A DNA stretch of 62,670 bases, the filler included, from Folioceros fuciformis (Eukaryota): assembly GCA_049999805.1 (NCBI GenBank). It is 4 parts of 4 records of this genome, joined end to end, with 100 filler letters (N's around TTAATTAATTAA, not from the genome) between each part and the next. Parts side by side here need not be neighbours in the genome. Positions count along the whole stretch, not along the records: positions 36,572 to 57,891 come from JBNGIO010006369.1; 3 more parts are not named here. One strand, given 5' to 3'. Both the position numbers and the translations under genes were made by a program. Positions 39,127 to 51,505 of this stretch are shown piece after piece (positions within the stretch are counted from its first letter, which is position 1; the number at the start of each line of letters is the position of its first letter). The notes beneath the pieces are model-generated. The model ran no database searches and was not told the DNA's origin. It saw nothing but the letters and a program-made list of their open reading frames with translations.

Positions 39127-41248
39127 ACTGTGTAAAAATATATTTTTTCATCCATACTTTTAGTAATTTTTAGACCACACTGCAATCTACTTATTTTAAA
39201 TGCAAATACGAGTAGAGATTTTGAAGAAATTTTTTCACCGTTTGGGTGATAGTTCATGACTATACAAAATATTATCCAAGGTAATTTTATAAATTTTAAA
39301 TAATTATATGTTAAAAACCCTTATAAAATAATAAAATGTAACTAAATAATTATAATTTTCAAATAGCTGATTATTATACTAGTGTAATTTTCAAGAAAAA
39401 AAAGTATAAACCATATCTAACTATCATGATGAAATTTAATATTTTTCTAAATAAATAAATAAATAATATGAGTTTATTTTTTTATTTTTAGAATAAGTTA
39501 TAGATAAAATCCAGTATAGATTAGAATATACCTTATAACAGATCATCTACATCATTTTTTGTTTTTCTTTTATTACTTTGTCGAGCATCGTAGATATTAT
39601 TTTATGTATTTTTATATTCATTATTTTCAAAGCAATTTACGATTTATAGTATAGAGTGCTTCACTTTTGCATCTATTGCATATTTCACTTGAGAAGAGTG
39701 CTCATCAAACTTTATACACAATGAGCATCTTAATTCTTTCATCACCACGTTATAAAATAATATAAAAATTTGGGGAGGCATCAATTTTGGTTCTTCACTT
39801 CTGTCATCCCATTGTTCTACGAGACAAAGAGTGTGTTAGTTTCTATATTTTTGGAACTTTTCAAGGTTTGATAAATTAAAATTTACAACTCCAAGACCGA
39901 GAAATAAGCTAAGAGACAACCAACCAATAAGTAAAGTCACCAAGTTTTTTGAAATTGAGCATCATAGTGAACAACCTTAAGTCTATCCTAAAACCCACTT
40001 GAGATCACACAACAAATAACCTATGGTTGCTACGCCCCTTTACAGTTGGCTAAGGTTTCGGAAGCATAACGAAGATAATCAAACTCGCACCTAGCTTTGT
40101 TGGGTCTTGCTTCCAAGCTTCAGCTTCAAGTAAAAGACTGGAAGCTGATAGAAAGGCTAGTCTTCTCCACATCTACAACCAGATGCGTGGCCAGCTTGCG
40201 CAGGTCAAGAAAGTGCCTAGTCCCTGCGACAGAACTCTGACCACAACGTGGCTAGACTCGTCCTCACGCCCGGAGGGTTCATGTCATCCAGGGAAAGGAT
40301 CACCAGACTGGGCCCTATCCAGGTGCGTATAGGAATATTCCATACCAAATATGACGAATGAGGGCTTGAAGTTTTCTCCCACCGGAAGGGCTAGGAGAGG
40401 AAAGCGTCTGGAGAGGACGAAGATCGTTGTCGGAAGCGCAAACTCTGCAGACACGGCAGCAGGACACTTGTCGCTTCCTCCGCGCTACTGCAATCTTCCG
40501 TCGGGATCCGGCGCTGTCCTCAATTTGCAGATCCTGTGTTTGCACCATGCCAATTATGTACGCAGATCAGTAAACCTGAAGTTTTGCCATAACTACAGTT
40601 CCGCAGTCCTTGGACGAAGCTCCAACGGAAGATAGACCAACGGCCGCTTTCAATACAGATGCAGCGGCTCCAGAGAAGTTTTGTGTCACGCAGTGGGAAG
40701 CGGAGTGCACCTGCTCAACGGTAGGCCTGCTGTCGGCTATCCAGAGTCGGCGCAAAGCCGTGCTTGCTAAAGTGCGACCAAAGTGCGTTCCAGATCTGCC
40801 GTTCTACGACGGGTGCAGGCCGAGGATGGACAACATGCTGTGATCAATGTATAACCGCAACCTGCATCTGAACACAGATTCAGCAAGCTACGGCTGACTG
40901 CTTCCTGAAAACAGAAACATGCTATCTGAACCTACAAAGGACGACCAAGGCTGAGAGAATTGCTTCTCTCGTTGGAACGTCCGTCAGCCACGCACCTGCT
41001 TACTGCGGTCTCGATCCCGTCGCGTCTGCACCAATTTCAGTGGAGGGTCGCTGGCACTGGTGCAATTCAGGCTATCCATACTGAAAGGCAGGTCTGCAAG
41101 GTTTTCTTCAACGTGTTACAAACGAAGAGAATCGGTCCAAATAAAGAGGGCACAGTTCAGGCTCACCTACAAAGACTCGAGCCAATTCTGAAGCATGCTC
41201 CACAGCCTCCAAATCGACGTAGCCTGACCGTTTTCGACATACAAGCTC

Positions 41249-43831
41249 TCAATGCTGATCCCCACATGAACAACTGCCGGCCACGAAACGGTGCACTCGG
41301 TGTGCATCTCGCACTATGATCTGTCGATTTTCAAGACGTGACATGATCTTGGTGCTACTGTGACAGTCATCACACATGCGGAGATTTTTGGTGACTAGCA
41401 AAGTCGCACCATCTGGAGTATTTAGAAGACCATAGGCCAGCGCCAGTTTCTCTGCATGCCCGCACAAAGCATCCTCCTTCTCCTGCTCAGACACCGCCTT
41501 CAGCACCAGCTTCGTTTGTGGCACATGGCCCCCTTCCTCCTTCAACCTCTTATTCACGCTAATGAGAGTGGACGAAATATCGGCCCTGTCGTCTCCCACT
41601 TTAAATTCATGCACTTTGTTCTCCACTTCGATACACGCCTTGGCAGCCTTCTTACACGCTCCTGCCGTTTTTCTCATGCCCTCTACTTGCTCCACATCAC
41701 TCCACATGCCTGCATCTGCGTAGATGTTGCCCATCAAGACGTAAGCCGAAGCATTTTCAGGCTCTAATTGTACAAGGCGGTGGAAACATCGCCTTCCACG
41801 CTCTGCGTCGCCGTACGGTCTACAAGCACTCAGCAGAGATCGCCACCCGATGGCATCATTCCCAAATGGCATGGTCTGTAAAAACTGTTCTGCCTCGTCC
41901 AAATGCCCTGATCGCGCAAGCAGATCAACCATGCAGCTACAATGGTAAGCAGTAGGTACAATGCCATACTCCTCCTGCATCATCTTGAAATACTGCCAAC
42001 CCTCATGCACCAGGCCTGCATGGCTGCATGCGACAAGAATGCAACTAAACGCAGTAACATCTGGCTTAACGCCGTGCTGACACATTTCCTTGAAACACTC
42101 CATTGCTCTTTGACCATCACTGTGTTCAGCATAGCCATTGAGCAAAACACTCCAAGTTACCACATCTCTTGTAGGCAGTGTGTCAAAGACCTTGCGAGCA
42201 TCATCCAAGCACCCACATTTTGCATACATATCCACGAGAGAGTTGCCAACCAACAGGTCATCTCCCAGGCCCATTGCGCGAATTTGTAAATGAAGCTGCT
42301 TGCCCCGATGCAGTGCACCCGTGCTTGCACAGGCTTGAAGGAGGCTGACGAATGTCACACTATTGGCTGGCGTGATTCCCTTCTGCTGCATAGCTTCATA
42401 AATATCCAGGGCTGCCTGACCCATCCCCTGCTGGGCATATCCAGCAATCATGGCAGTCCATGTCACCACATCCTTCCTTGGCATCCGCTCAAAAACTGAT
42501 CGAGCATCCTCAAGGCTCCCACATTTAGCATACATGTCCACCAGACAGTTCCCAACCAGCAAGTCAGCTTGCAGACCCTTTCGTTGTATCTGTGCATGAA
42601 GCTCCTTACCCTGATGCAGAGCGCCAACAGCAGCACATGCTTGCACAAGACACGTGAAGGTAACACTATCAGCTACACTTACAGCCTCATGTTGCATACA
42701 CAAATACAGTGCAAGGGCTTCATGTCCCAATCCCTGCTGAGAATACCCTGCGATCATGGCTGTCCAAGTCACCACATTTCTAGCAGGCAGTCTCTCAAAC
42801 ACCCTGCGAGCATCTTCCAAACTGCCACACTTCCCGTACATGTCCACCAGACCGGTGCCAATAAACTCATCACCTTCCAGTCCCCTTTCTTGAACCTGGA
42901 CATGAACCTCCTTCCCAATGTGCAAATCTCCCACAGCAGCACACGCTTGAAGGAGGCAACCAAAAGTGACCCGACTCCCCGGAGTGCCACCTTCCTGCCG
43001 CATCCTGGAATACAAGCAGAGAGCATCCCGCCCCATCCCCTGCTGCGCATACGCTGCAATCATAGCATTCCACGACACCACGTCCCTAGACGGCAACTCC
43101 TCAAACACCTTCCTCGCATCCTCCAAGCTCCCACACTTAGCATACATGTTCACCAGGCTGTTCCCCACGAACACATCGCCATAGGCAACAGCAGCAGCAA
43201 CAACATCCGCATGCACCTCCCTGCCAGCCACCAGGTCTCCTGCAGCGGCACAAGCCTTCAGAACCGCCACGAAAATGTGGCTGTCTGCCTCCGCACCGGC
43301 CTCTCGCATCTGCCGGTACAGCTTGATAGCCTCCACCGGCTTCCCATTTCCCGCATGCACCAAGATGATTGCGGCCCATACGTGAGCATCCGGCGCAGCG
43401 CAGTTCCGAAACACCTGCACAGCCTCCTCCAATCTGCCGTGCGCAGCGTACATTCGGATGATATGGTTCCCTAGGAACGCGCTACATTCGTATCCGCTCC
43501 TCACCGCAAGCGCGTGAACGCGCCTGCCAAGCTCCAAATCCCTCTCCTGCACGCACCTCCTGAGCACAAGATAGAAAACAGAGGGAGGAGCACATTCTCC
43601 CCGCTCCACCACAAAATTCAATGCTTCCACAGCGTCTCCCAGCTCCCCCTCCTCACAGCGCCTGCTCAGCTGCTCCACCGAGCGCCTCACGGCACCCTGC
43701 GTCTGTGCCTTGCGCACGATTCCATCAACTCCTCGCTCTTCTCTTGGTGACACCGCACCGATCGGGCTTCTCAATGCTTCCTTCGTCACCACAGTTCCCC
43801 GACAACAGTCTGCCCAAAGTGGCAGCTCCAT
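41249..43831 (-). CDS. PLS-class pentatricopeptide repeat protein with E and DYW:KP-like deaminase domains (organellar RNA editing factor)
   Basis: Repeated P-L-S triplets (LVDMYAKCGSLEDAR; VVTWTAMIAGY), E domain, then KKAAKACIEV, HAEKLA, KNLRMCDDCH and terminal CSCGDQH. Single coding exon; first ATG at 43831. Confidence 0.95.
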   Translation of the reverse strand: MELPLWADCCRGTVVTKEALRSPIGAVSPREERGVDGIVRKAQTQGAVRRSVEQLSRRCEEGELGDAVEALNFVVERGECAPPSVFYLVLRRCVQERDLELGRRVHALAVRSGYECSAFLGNHIIRMYAAHGRLEEAVQVFRNCAAPDAHVWAAIILVHAGNGKPVEAIKLYRQMREAGAEADSHIFVAVLKACAAAGDLVAGREVHADVVAAAVAYGDVFVGNSLVNMYAKCGSLEDARKVFEELPSRDVVSWNAMIAAYAQQGMGRDALCLYSRMRQEGGTPGSRVTFGCLLQACAAVGDLHIGKEVHVQVQERGLEGDEFIGTGLVDMYGKCGSLEDARRVFERLPARNVVTWTAMIAGYSQQGLGHEALALYLCMQHEAVSVADSVTFTCLVQACAAVGALHQGKELHAQIQRKGLQADLLVGNCLVDMYAKCGSLEDARSVFERMPRKDVVTWTAMIAGYAQQGMGQAALDIYEAMQQKGITPANSVTFVSLLQACASTGALHRGKQLHLQIRAMGLGDDLLVGNSLVDMYAKCGCLDDARKVFDTLPTRDVVTWSVLLNGYAEHSDGQRAMECFKEMCQHGVKPDVTAFSCILVACSHAGLVHEGWQYFKMMQEEYGIVPTAYHCSCMVDLLARSGHLDEAEQFLQTMPFGNDAIGWRSLLSACRPYGDAERGRRCFHRLVQLEPENASAYVLMGNIYADAGMWSDVEQVEGMRKTAGACKKAAKACIEVENKVHEFKVGDDRADISSTLISVNKRLKEEGGHVPQTKLVLKAVSEQEKEDALCGHAEKLALAYGLLNTPDGATLLVTKNLRMCDDCHSSTKIMSRLENRQIIVRDAHRVHRFVAGSCSCGDQH

Positions 43832-45326
43832 CCTCGCCACGCAAACCTAGCTGAGGCATCGCCTAGCACGCCGCCTCCATCGACATCACTGGAAGCTTTG
43901 CAGGTTAGTTTCGTCCTCCGCCGCGAGGCCTTGAGACGAAACGAGCATCAACGCAGAAACATTATCAGTGCAGGCTGAAAGCGTTCTGGTCTAGACGGTT
44001 GGATCACCCGGCCCTCCCACGAGGGGTCGGATTCAATACCCGACATTGAACCATACACTTCTCATCTGTGATACGTTTATTACGTTCTTTCGTTTCACTG
44101 TGTTTCGAAGGCTTTCCATAAGCCAGCAAGCCCGGCTGCTTTAAGTACATATGTGCGAAGTGTTTAGCACTTGAAGAACGTTTCATCCAACAAATGAAAA
44201 TCTTAAGACGCAAAAGAACATGGAGTTGTGAAAGGTGAATGAGAGGGAAACATTGGGCAACAAACTGCTTTCTCCATCCAGCTTGGTCCTAAGCTATGGC
44301 CAAAGCAGCTTAAATCAGTCCATTGAAGAAATAGAACCAATGTCAAAAGTGTTTTTGAAACACAACTTTTGTTGTGAATAGAGTTTTGTGAATGAAACAT
44401 GATAACCTGACCTTTGAGCACCAAATGCTTGGTTCAAATCTCAACTGAAGATTTCAGTAGCTAGTGTAATACAACATTAGAAGCAGCCACTTTATGAATT
44501 ACAATCACTCTTGATCCCTTAAAGGAATTGCAATGTATATGAGAAAGCTTGCAGCAACATGAGGTTTTGATCATGGTATGAGAANNNNNNNNNNATCATG
44601 GTATGAGAAAGCTTGCAGCAACATGAGGTTTTGATCATGGTGCTTCTTACAGTTTCTCCAGCAAACAACAGCCCAAACTTACGAATAAGAAAGCCATAAT
44701 TAGTGTAATGGAGAACCTCAATTGGATTCACCTTGCTCCTTAGGATAGGAGTTGAAGATGTGACAAGTAGAAGAAGCCCATTATTGAGTCTTGCATTCTG
44801 TTCAACAATCTTGGAATTTGAGAGACTAAGAGAAAGGTAATGGAAGCCAACATTGTGGTAGCAAGGCTATTGTGGAACAAAATGATATCAATGAAATTGA
44901 ATAGTCAGAAGAGCATCTTACTTGGTAGTTCTCCCATGAATTGCTGAGACTAAGGTCGAAGACTTAGACAACAACAAGAACCCATGATGGAGTAAGCGGA
45001 GAATTGGCTTTGGAAGGACCATGAAAATGCAACAAGCAAGTGCAGCAAAACTTTGAGAAGCTCAACTATTGTAGCAAATCACCCTACACATGCTTGTTGC
45101 CAACATCTAATGTTGCAAAGTCACAGCAACCTTTCATGAGAAGCCTTGACAACCTACTTCTACAATCATTCAACCATATCATACATCACGAGCTAGATTG
45201 CAAAGATCATTCACCCAAGCAATAAGGAAGTGGAGAGGGAAGCATACCTTGTAAAGCAACAATGTTATGCATACCAAGGACAATGTTAGCCTATCAGCCT
45301 CATTGAAACCAAAGATCAATCCTCAA

Positions 45327-46064
45327 CTACATGAAGATCTTGAAGACAGGATCGAACTTCAGATGTGCCCCATACACTTCAGGCCTAATGCATTTCTCTT
45401 GCCAATACCTCCACTTCCTAGGCAATAGTTTTGGTTTCTCCTTAGGGGGATAAGGAAGCCCACCACCTAGTAGAACCTCATAGGGTGCTTTCTCTATCAA
45501 CTCATCCGCTTTGGTCTCACTAAGGTCAATCCAATAAGCAGGAGTGATCTTATACAACAAGTACAGTTGCTTCATCTGCCAATATTGAATCGGATTCTCT
45601 CCAGTTCTATGCCGAAATAGACGATGGAATGCCTCATCTCGAGATAGAGATGTTTCATCAAGCTTCTCCCCCAACTCTGTCAAGAACTTCTTACAACATC
45701 CAGTTGCAGGATATTTGTTTCCATTTGTCGCCATGAAAGCTACCAACTTCTGCCCACCTTCTTCAAACATTTGATCATACACTATTTGAAGCAACCCATT
45801 CCAATACACATCCGGATCATAACCCATATTATCTAGCGAAACCATTTGTGGAATGTTTAGCTTAAATGGCACTAGTGGAGGTTCAGGAATAGGCTCCTCT
45901 ACCACTACATCTTTTGCTTCATTTCCTTTTCCAGGTTTCTTTTTATCTCCAAGTTTTTCCTTTTCCTTTTCTTTTTTATTATTATCTTTTAAACTATTTT
46001 CTATTTTATCTTTTTTATCCTTTTCATCCTTTTTAGCACTAGCATCCTTTTGCTTAGGAGCCAT
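45327..46064 (-). CDS. Hypothetical protein, about 245 aa, with Lys/Asp/Glu-rich N-terminus
   Basis: Uninterrupted ORF from MAPKQKDASAKK in AT-rich DNA where long chance ORFs are unlikely. The C-terminal region looks globular and aromatic-rich. No family recognised. Confidence 0.65.
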   Translation of the reverse strand: MAPKQKDASAKKDEKDKKDKIENSLKDNNKKEKEKEKLGDKKKPGKGNEAKDVVVEEPIPEPPLVPFKLNIPQMVSLDNMGYDPDVYWNGLLQIVYDQMFEEGGQKLVAFMATNGNKYPATGCCKKFLTELGEKLDETSLSRDEAFHRLFRHRTGENPIQYWQMKQLYLLYKITPAYWIDLSETKADELIEKAPYEVLLGGGLPYPPKEKPKLLPRKWRYWQEKCIRPEVYGAHLKFDPVFKIFM

Positions 46065-46996
46065 AGACTTAACTACATGGCCCACATGTTTTCCAAACTA
46101 AGATTAATTATAAACTTTCATAAAATAAATCTCTTGATTCCATTTTTTGAGCTACTTTTTACATGACTCTTTCTCACAATTATACTACATGCAAAACACA
46201 AGGAAAAAAGAAAATCCTTACCCACCTTCTATCCTAAAGAAGAAACTGGTTGAGTATGTAAACCCAAAAGACGTTTTTTCAATGCAGACTAAACTCATTA
46301 TTTGACAAGGAATAAACAAAGAAAATATAATTCTCTTGTCATCATGAATAGCTTATGAATGAATATAATTTATTTACACATTACATTTTTATGAGTACTC
46401 ATATTATACTCTCTCTTATATTACAAACATAAGAAATAATATGATGACATACCATAAAATTATTTAAAATGTAGTTACATATCCTAAATATATATATATT
46501 TTATTTCAATCTCATAATAGAAAATAGTTCTCAATGGAATTCAATATATATTTTTATGTAATTACTATTCTTAAATATCAACATGATCATAGTGTATTGC
46601 TCACCTTACCCTTCACACATTACATTAGATAACTTCCTGCTTATTTGTTTTAAAAATAATTTCATCATCAATTTTTAACATAAAAATAAATTTGAATTTG
46701 ATGTCAAGCTTTCCACATTACTTGAGTATTGATTCTCTCTCTTAGATTTGATGAGATCTTTTGATGTGAATTCTACTCTTAGGCACATTAATGAAAAGCA
46801 CTAAGAGTAAGTTTTAGTATACTATTATTTATGATATTTGAAAATATGTTATATATTAAAAATAATTTTTAAAATATATTATATAATTAATAATTAAAAT
46901 AAATATATATAGCTATATAAGGTATATATATAATTAAAATCTTGAAAAGAAAGAATTCTCTTTCTTTTTGCTAAAGTAGCTAGGTTGGCCAGGGAG

Positions 46997-47360
46997 CCCT
47001 AAACCGTAAACCCTTATGTAAGTTCCATGATGAAAATTCAATCTCTTCATTCTATAAACCTAGAAGTGAGATTAAAATTAAACTAGTTTAGGATTTAGGG
47101 TTTAGTTGTTTAAACCCTAAACCCTAAACCCTTATGTAAGTTCGATGATAAAAATCTCTTCTTTGTATAAACCTAGAAGTGAGATTAAAATTTAATTAGT
47201 TTAGGATTTAGGGTTTAGTTGTTTAAACCCTAAACCCTGAAACGTTTAAACCCTAAACCCTGAAACGTTTAAACTCTAAACCCTGAAGCGTTTATTTACT
47301 AATTCCTGAAACGTTTAAACCATAAACCCTGAAACGTAAGCCCTAAAGCCTTAAACCCTG
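46997..47360. repeat. Interstitial telomere-like repeats (CCCTAAA/TTTAGGG) within a duplicated unit of about 120 bp
   Basis: TTTAGGATTTAGGGTTTAGTTGTTTAAACCCTAAACCCT occurs at about 47087 and 47199, followed by AAACCCTGAAACGTTT variants. Confidence 0.85.
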
Positions 47361-47773
47361 ATCTGCTCGAACAGTGGCGCCGGGACCGGTGATGTAATAA
47401 AGGCATGTTTCCGGTCTCGATGAGGTCTCATCCACGACGCTGTACGGTGTGGGTTGCTAGACTAACCGACTGCCTTGGGTCGCTGGCCCGCCCGCTTCCA
47501 ATTGAAGGATTTGAAGGAATCGAGGCGCTAGAAGCCTCAATTCTGCGGCAGCTACACCAACTCCTCACCCTCCTGCAATCGATTCCCGCTCGCCTTCCGC
47601 CTGCAGGATTCTGACGATCGGCCAGTGGACGAGTTATATATGACTTGATCGGTGGAGGGTCACAGTGAGTGAGAGAGTTTGCAAATGTAGTCGAGGCATT
47701 CGACTCGCTTCCGTTGCGTGACGTTCCTTCCCGCTTTCCAAAATCTGCGTTAGGGGGGGTTCTGTAAACAGCC

Positions 47774-50486
47774 ATGGGCCAGCGCGAGGGCTCTTCCACC
47801 CCAGCACCTCAGGGCAGAACATTACTTAGTCGGCCTTATGACCATCAGTCTCCAGAATCCGATTCAGGCTACGGGCTTAGCCATGCCGGATCCACTCCGT
47901 TGCAAAGCAAGTTCCAGGAGAAAATTCGCCCCATGCTCGATGTCGTGGACAAGCTAAGAAACTTGGGGTTAATGGAGGAAGGAATCGCCTTGCCCACCAT
48001 CGTCGTGGTGGGCGATCAAAGCAGCGGAAAATCTAGTGTTCTGGAATCCCTTGCGGGAATCACTCTCCCCCGCGGACAGGGTATGGCCACGAGAGTGCCC
48101 TTGGTTCTTCGGCTGCAGGCGAGGTGAAAGTTTGTGGGCGGTAGTTGTGGCCTCTTGTTTTGAATTTTTTAGTTCCTGCTGATGTGACGATGACGATGTG
48201 GAATTCGCAGTGAGCAGAAAAGCGTCACGATCGAGTACTCTGGAGTGAAAGAGGAGTTTGAGAAGGAGGATGACATCGAGAAGGCTGTCGTGAGAGCGCA
48301 GAATCATCTTGCGGGAGATGGGAAAGGCATTTGCGACAGTCCCATATCGCTGCACGTCCGGAAGCCTGATGCGCCGGATTTAACTATGGTAGACCTCCCG
48401 GGTATCACTCGGGTTCCTGTGGACGGGCAGCCAGTTAACATAGATGAACAGATTTCTGACATCATTCGGCATTACATCACTCCGCCGGAGAGTGTCATTT
48501 TGAATGTTCTCTGTGCCAGTGTGGATTTTCCGACATGCCAGAGCATAAGGATGTCCCAGGTTGCGGACAAAGCAGGAACAAGAACCTTGGCGGCGGTAAC
48601 CAAGGTGGGTCTGGGTCGTCCACAACCAGTCAGCCTATTTGGTTGGGTTGTGCTACAGATCTTCGTGCAGAAGAGCTTTCCGAGCGCTCGAAGTGTGCGT
48701 AGATCGATGGCAATCTCGGACTAGTGCTAACCACTGGCCGGCCCCTCCTCCAAACTTTTGACAGGTTGACAAATCACCTGAGGGCCTTCTCGAGAAGGTG
48801 ACGACAGACGCCGTTAACATCGGCCTGGGCTACATCTGCGTCCGGAACAGAATAGCCGAGTCGGAGTCTCACGACGAAGCGAGAGCGATTGAAAAATCGT
48901 TATTCGACACACATCCACTTTTGTCTAAGCTCGACAAAAGCATATGCGGGATTCCAGTTTTGGCTGATCGGCTCACGCAGATACAGGCCGACAGTATTCG
49001 GCGGCTTCTGCCTGATATTATTTCACAGATCGAAAGAGGTTTTACCCACTTGTAGTACTGGAAGATTTTGTTTCCGTTCGTTTCCCAATCTGAAGACTGG
49101 AATTCCCTGTCTGCAGGACTGCAGAGCAAGAGGCAGGAGCTGGCAAGCCTGCCTCAAGGCATTAATAGTAACGCCGAGGCGTACATAGCGTTCTCGAAAA
49201 CCATGGCAGCCCGAACAGAGACTTTAAAGCAGATAGTTGAGCGAGGAGACAACACACAGAGTTGCTTTGCAGAGGATAAGAAAATGCACTACACAGCGAG
49301 ATTGGACGACATGTTTTCTGGTTCTCTTTTCCTGTGCCCTGAACCCAGGCTGCATGCATGTGTTTGGCTCCACTGATGAACTGCTGATGGGTATCTTCAA
49401 TATGTGGTTATTTCCTTGTGAACAGCCTTTGCGGAGTACATGCAAGAATCAGGCGCAGGGTTAATGGATCCATCAAACACAGCCAAGATCATGGAGATGA
49501 TTGGTGAAAGTAAAGGAGCCGGTCTCCCCAATTTCCTACCTTCGCCGGTCTTCCAGAAACTTGTAAAGGGGCAGGTGGACAAGATCGCTCTTGCCTGTGA
49601 TACACTCGTCCAAGATACGCACTCGTACGCTGATAGCGTGCAAAATGAGGTATGGAATTCTGTACACATTTTCACGATATACTGTCAACAGGAGTCTTCA
49701 GGTTACATATGTTTTTGCTGGTTAGCTGAGATTTCGACACAATCATCTGCTATCACCACGTCGATCAGGTGATTGGACATCACACCGCTGGCTATGCAAC
49801 ACTGAAAGCTGCTACGGAGGTGGCAGCCCGAACAGTGATTTCTGAAAGCCGCAGCAATTGTGAGAAGTTTGTGGAAAGGGTGCTGGCCAAGGAGGGAGCG
49901 GTCATCTTCACGAAAACCTCGTTGTACATGAAGTTGGTGAACAACATGAAAAGCGTGAAAGATCAAGAGGGAGCTGGGTACATGGACATGCAGGCAGAGA
50001 GAAATCGAGATGGGCTTCTCAAATTCCTCGAAGACGAAATTGGACGGTTTGATCTCGGAGAGTTAGAAGGCAGAAGGACTTCAACTGACTTTCAGGTTGG
50101 ATCGCTACTGCAACCCATGCTTTGTGTGGTCAACAAGGGTTTCCTTGCTTACATCTACATCTGACTACAAGTCCAACAATCGTGTTGCCCATTTGCAGAC
50201 GGCGTGGGATATGAAGGTTTCCCTTGCAGCTTACTGGGCGGTTGTGAGCAGAAGAATAACTGATATGCTGTGCCAGGAGATAAAGTACTCGTTGCAGCAA
50301 GCTATGGTTGGTGAGGTAATGGACCGTCTCCTGCTGCAAACGTCGGCTGGAAGCTTCCAATTCCATACATTGATGGACGAGGACAGCGTATTGGCTCAAC
50401 GACGGCGCAAATTAAGGCACAGTGTCGAAATTCTGAAACAAGCGAAATCTGCTGTGTCAGAAACTCTAGGGAAGGCTAGCAGCTGA
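47774..50486 (+). CDS. Dynamin-related GTPase, Mx-like/DRP4 class, 7 exons, about 686 aa
   Basis: G1 GDQSSGKS, G2 ATRVP, G3 DLPG, G4 TKVD and a C-terminal GED-like region. Exons 47774-48123, 48211-48604, 48765-49038, 49117-49320, 49426-49649, 49769-50095 and 50199-50486 sum to 2061 nt with GT-AG introns. Confidence 0.92.
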
Positions 50487-51505
50487 ATACACTCCATCTA
50501 GTCCCATTGCGAGGGGATGGAAGCTTGAACAAACTGACTCAATTCTTCCACATTCTTAAACAAATTTTGCAGCTTAGATTGGAAAAATGCATCCAGTTAA
50601 CCATAAACAGCAGACCTGCAGTTAACCAGTTAACCATACTGCAAACCTGTAAGGATAATCCTTCCTTTGGAACAATATTTGCTCCAGATACAGAAGGCTC
50701 ACAGCTGAAAACATGACTACCAGGCAAGTAAAGCAAAACCTTGACCCATCTATTCGAAACAAGCAAATTTGCTTCACCCGTTCCGAGACAACTGACGACA
50801 CCCCGAGTGCTAGTATGCAACTAGAAACCTATTCCACAAAAGCTGCGGCACTTTCTGTGACCAGGAGGATCCAGACAGACTAGCCAGATATGCATGCATG
50901 TCGAGAAAATACGTTAAGCATAGTTTTGTTTACTGTACCGAATGAAAATTCAAATTCCAGTCCACTGGAAAGCACAATGCTTCCCAAGCTTGGCCAAGTT
51001 GGGACGTGACGAATGTGAACGTGCAGACTTATGTCTCAGAGCTTCCAGAGTACATGGTGGGAGGCAAACTTGTTGACAGAACATGGAGCCAGGATCCTTG
51101 TAGGCTCGTGGAATATAGTAGACTGAACTCATCAACTTGATGACATCTGATACCGTGGCCAATATAATATGGATATCTTTTGAGACATGGCGGTGGAACT
51201 AGAAAATCTAATGAAGACTTTGTTCGAGGCTTCATCAACCCGCTTGTACGATGTGGCAGCCAGTGCTAGTTGCTCACCTGCTTCAAGACGCCTTGATCTG
51301 GTAGCTCGGCCTGCCTGCCGACAGTTCATCCACTGTTTCCCTTCACCCGCCGGATTTTCTTCATGGGGTCCACTGGCCGATCATTTATGACTTGATCGCT
51401 ATATCATGGCGAGCGACATCCCCTTGTAGTCAGTGAGCTCTTTCGCATTTCCTGATTCTTCCACGCTGGTCTCACAATCTACGTCATTAGCTTCCCTCTG
51501 TCGCA

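Noticed and set aside
40000-41240. Possible spliced gene downstream of the PPR
   Set aside because: Splice-like signals exist but no coherent ORF or known motif could be assembled.
42569-43474. 301-aa plus-strand ORF
   Set aside because: Antisense shadow of the repetitive, GC-rich PPR coding sequence.
44537-44640. Short duplication around a 10-N gap
   Set aside because: Most likely unmerged overlapping contig ends.
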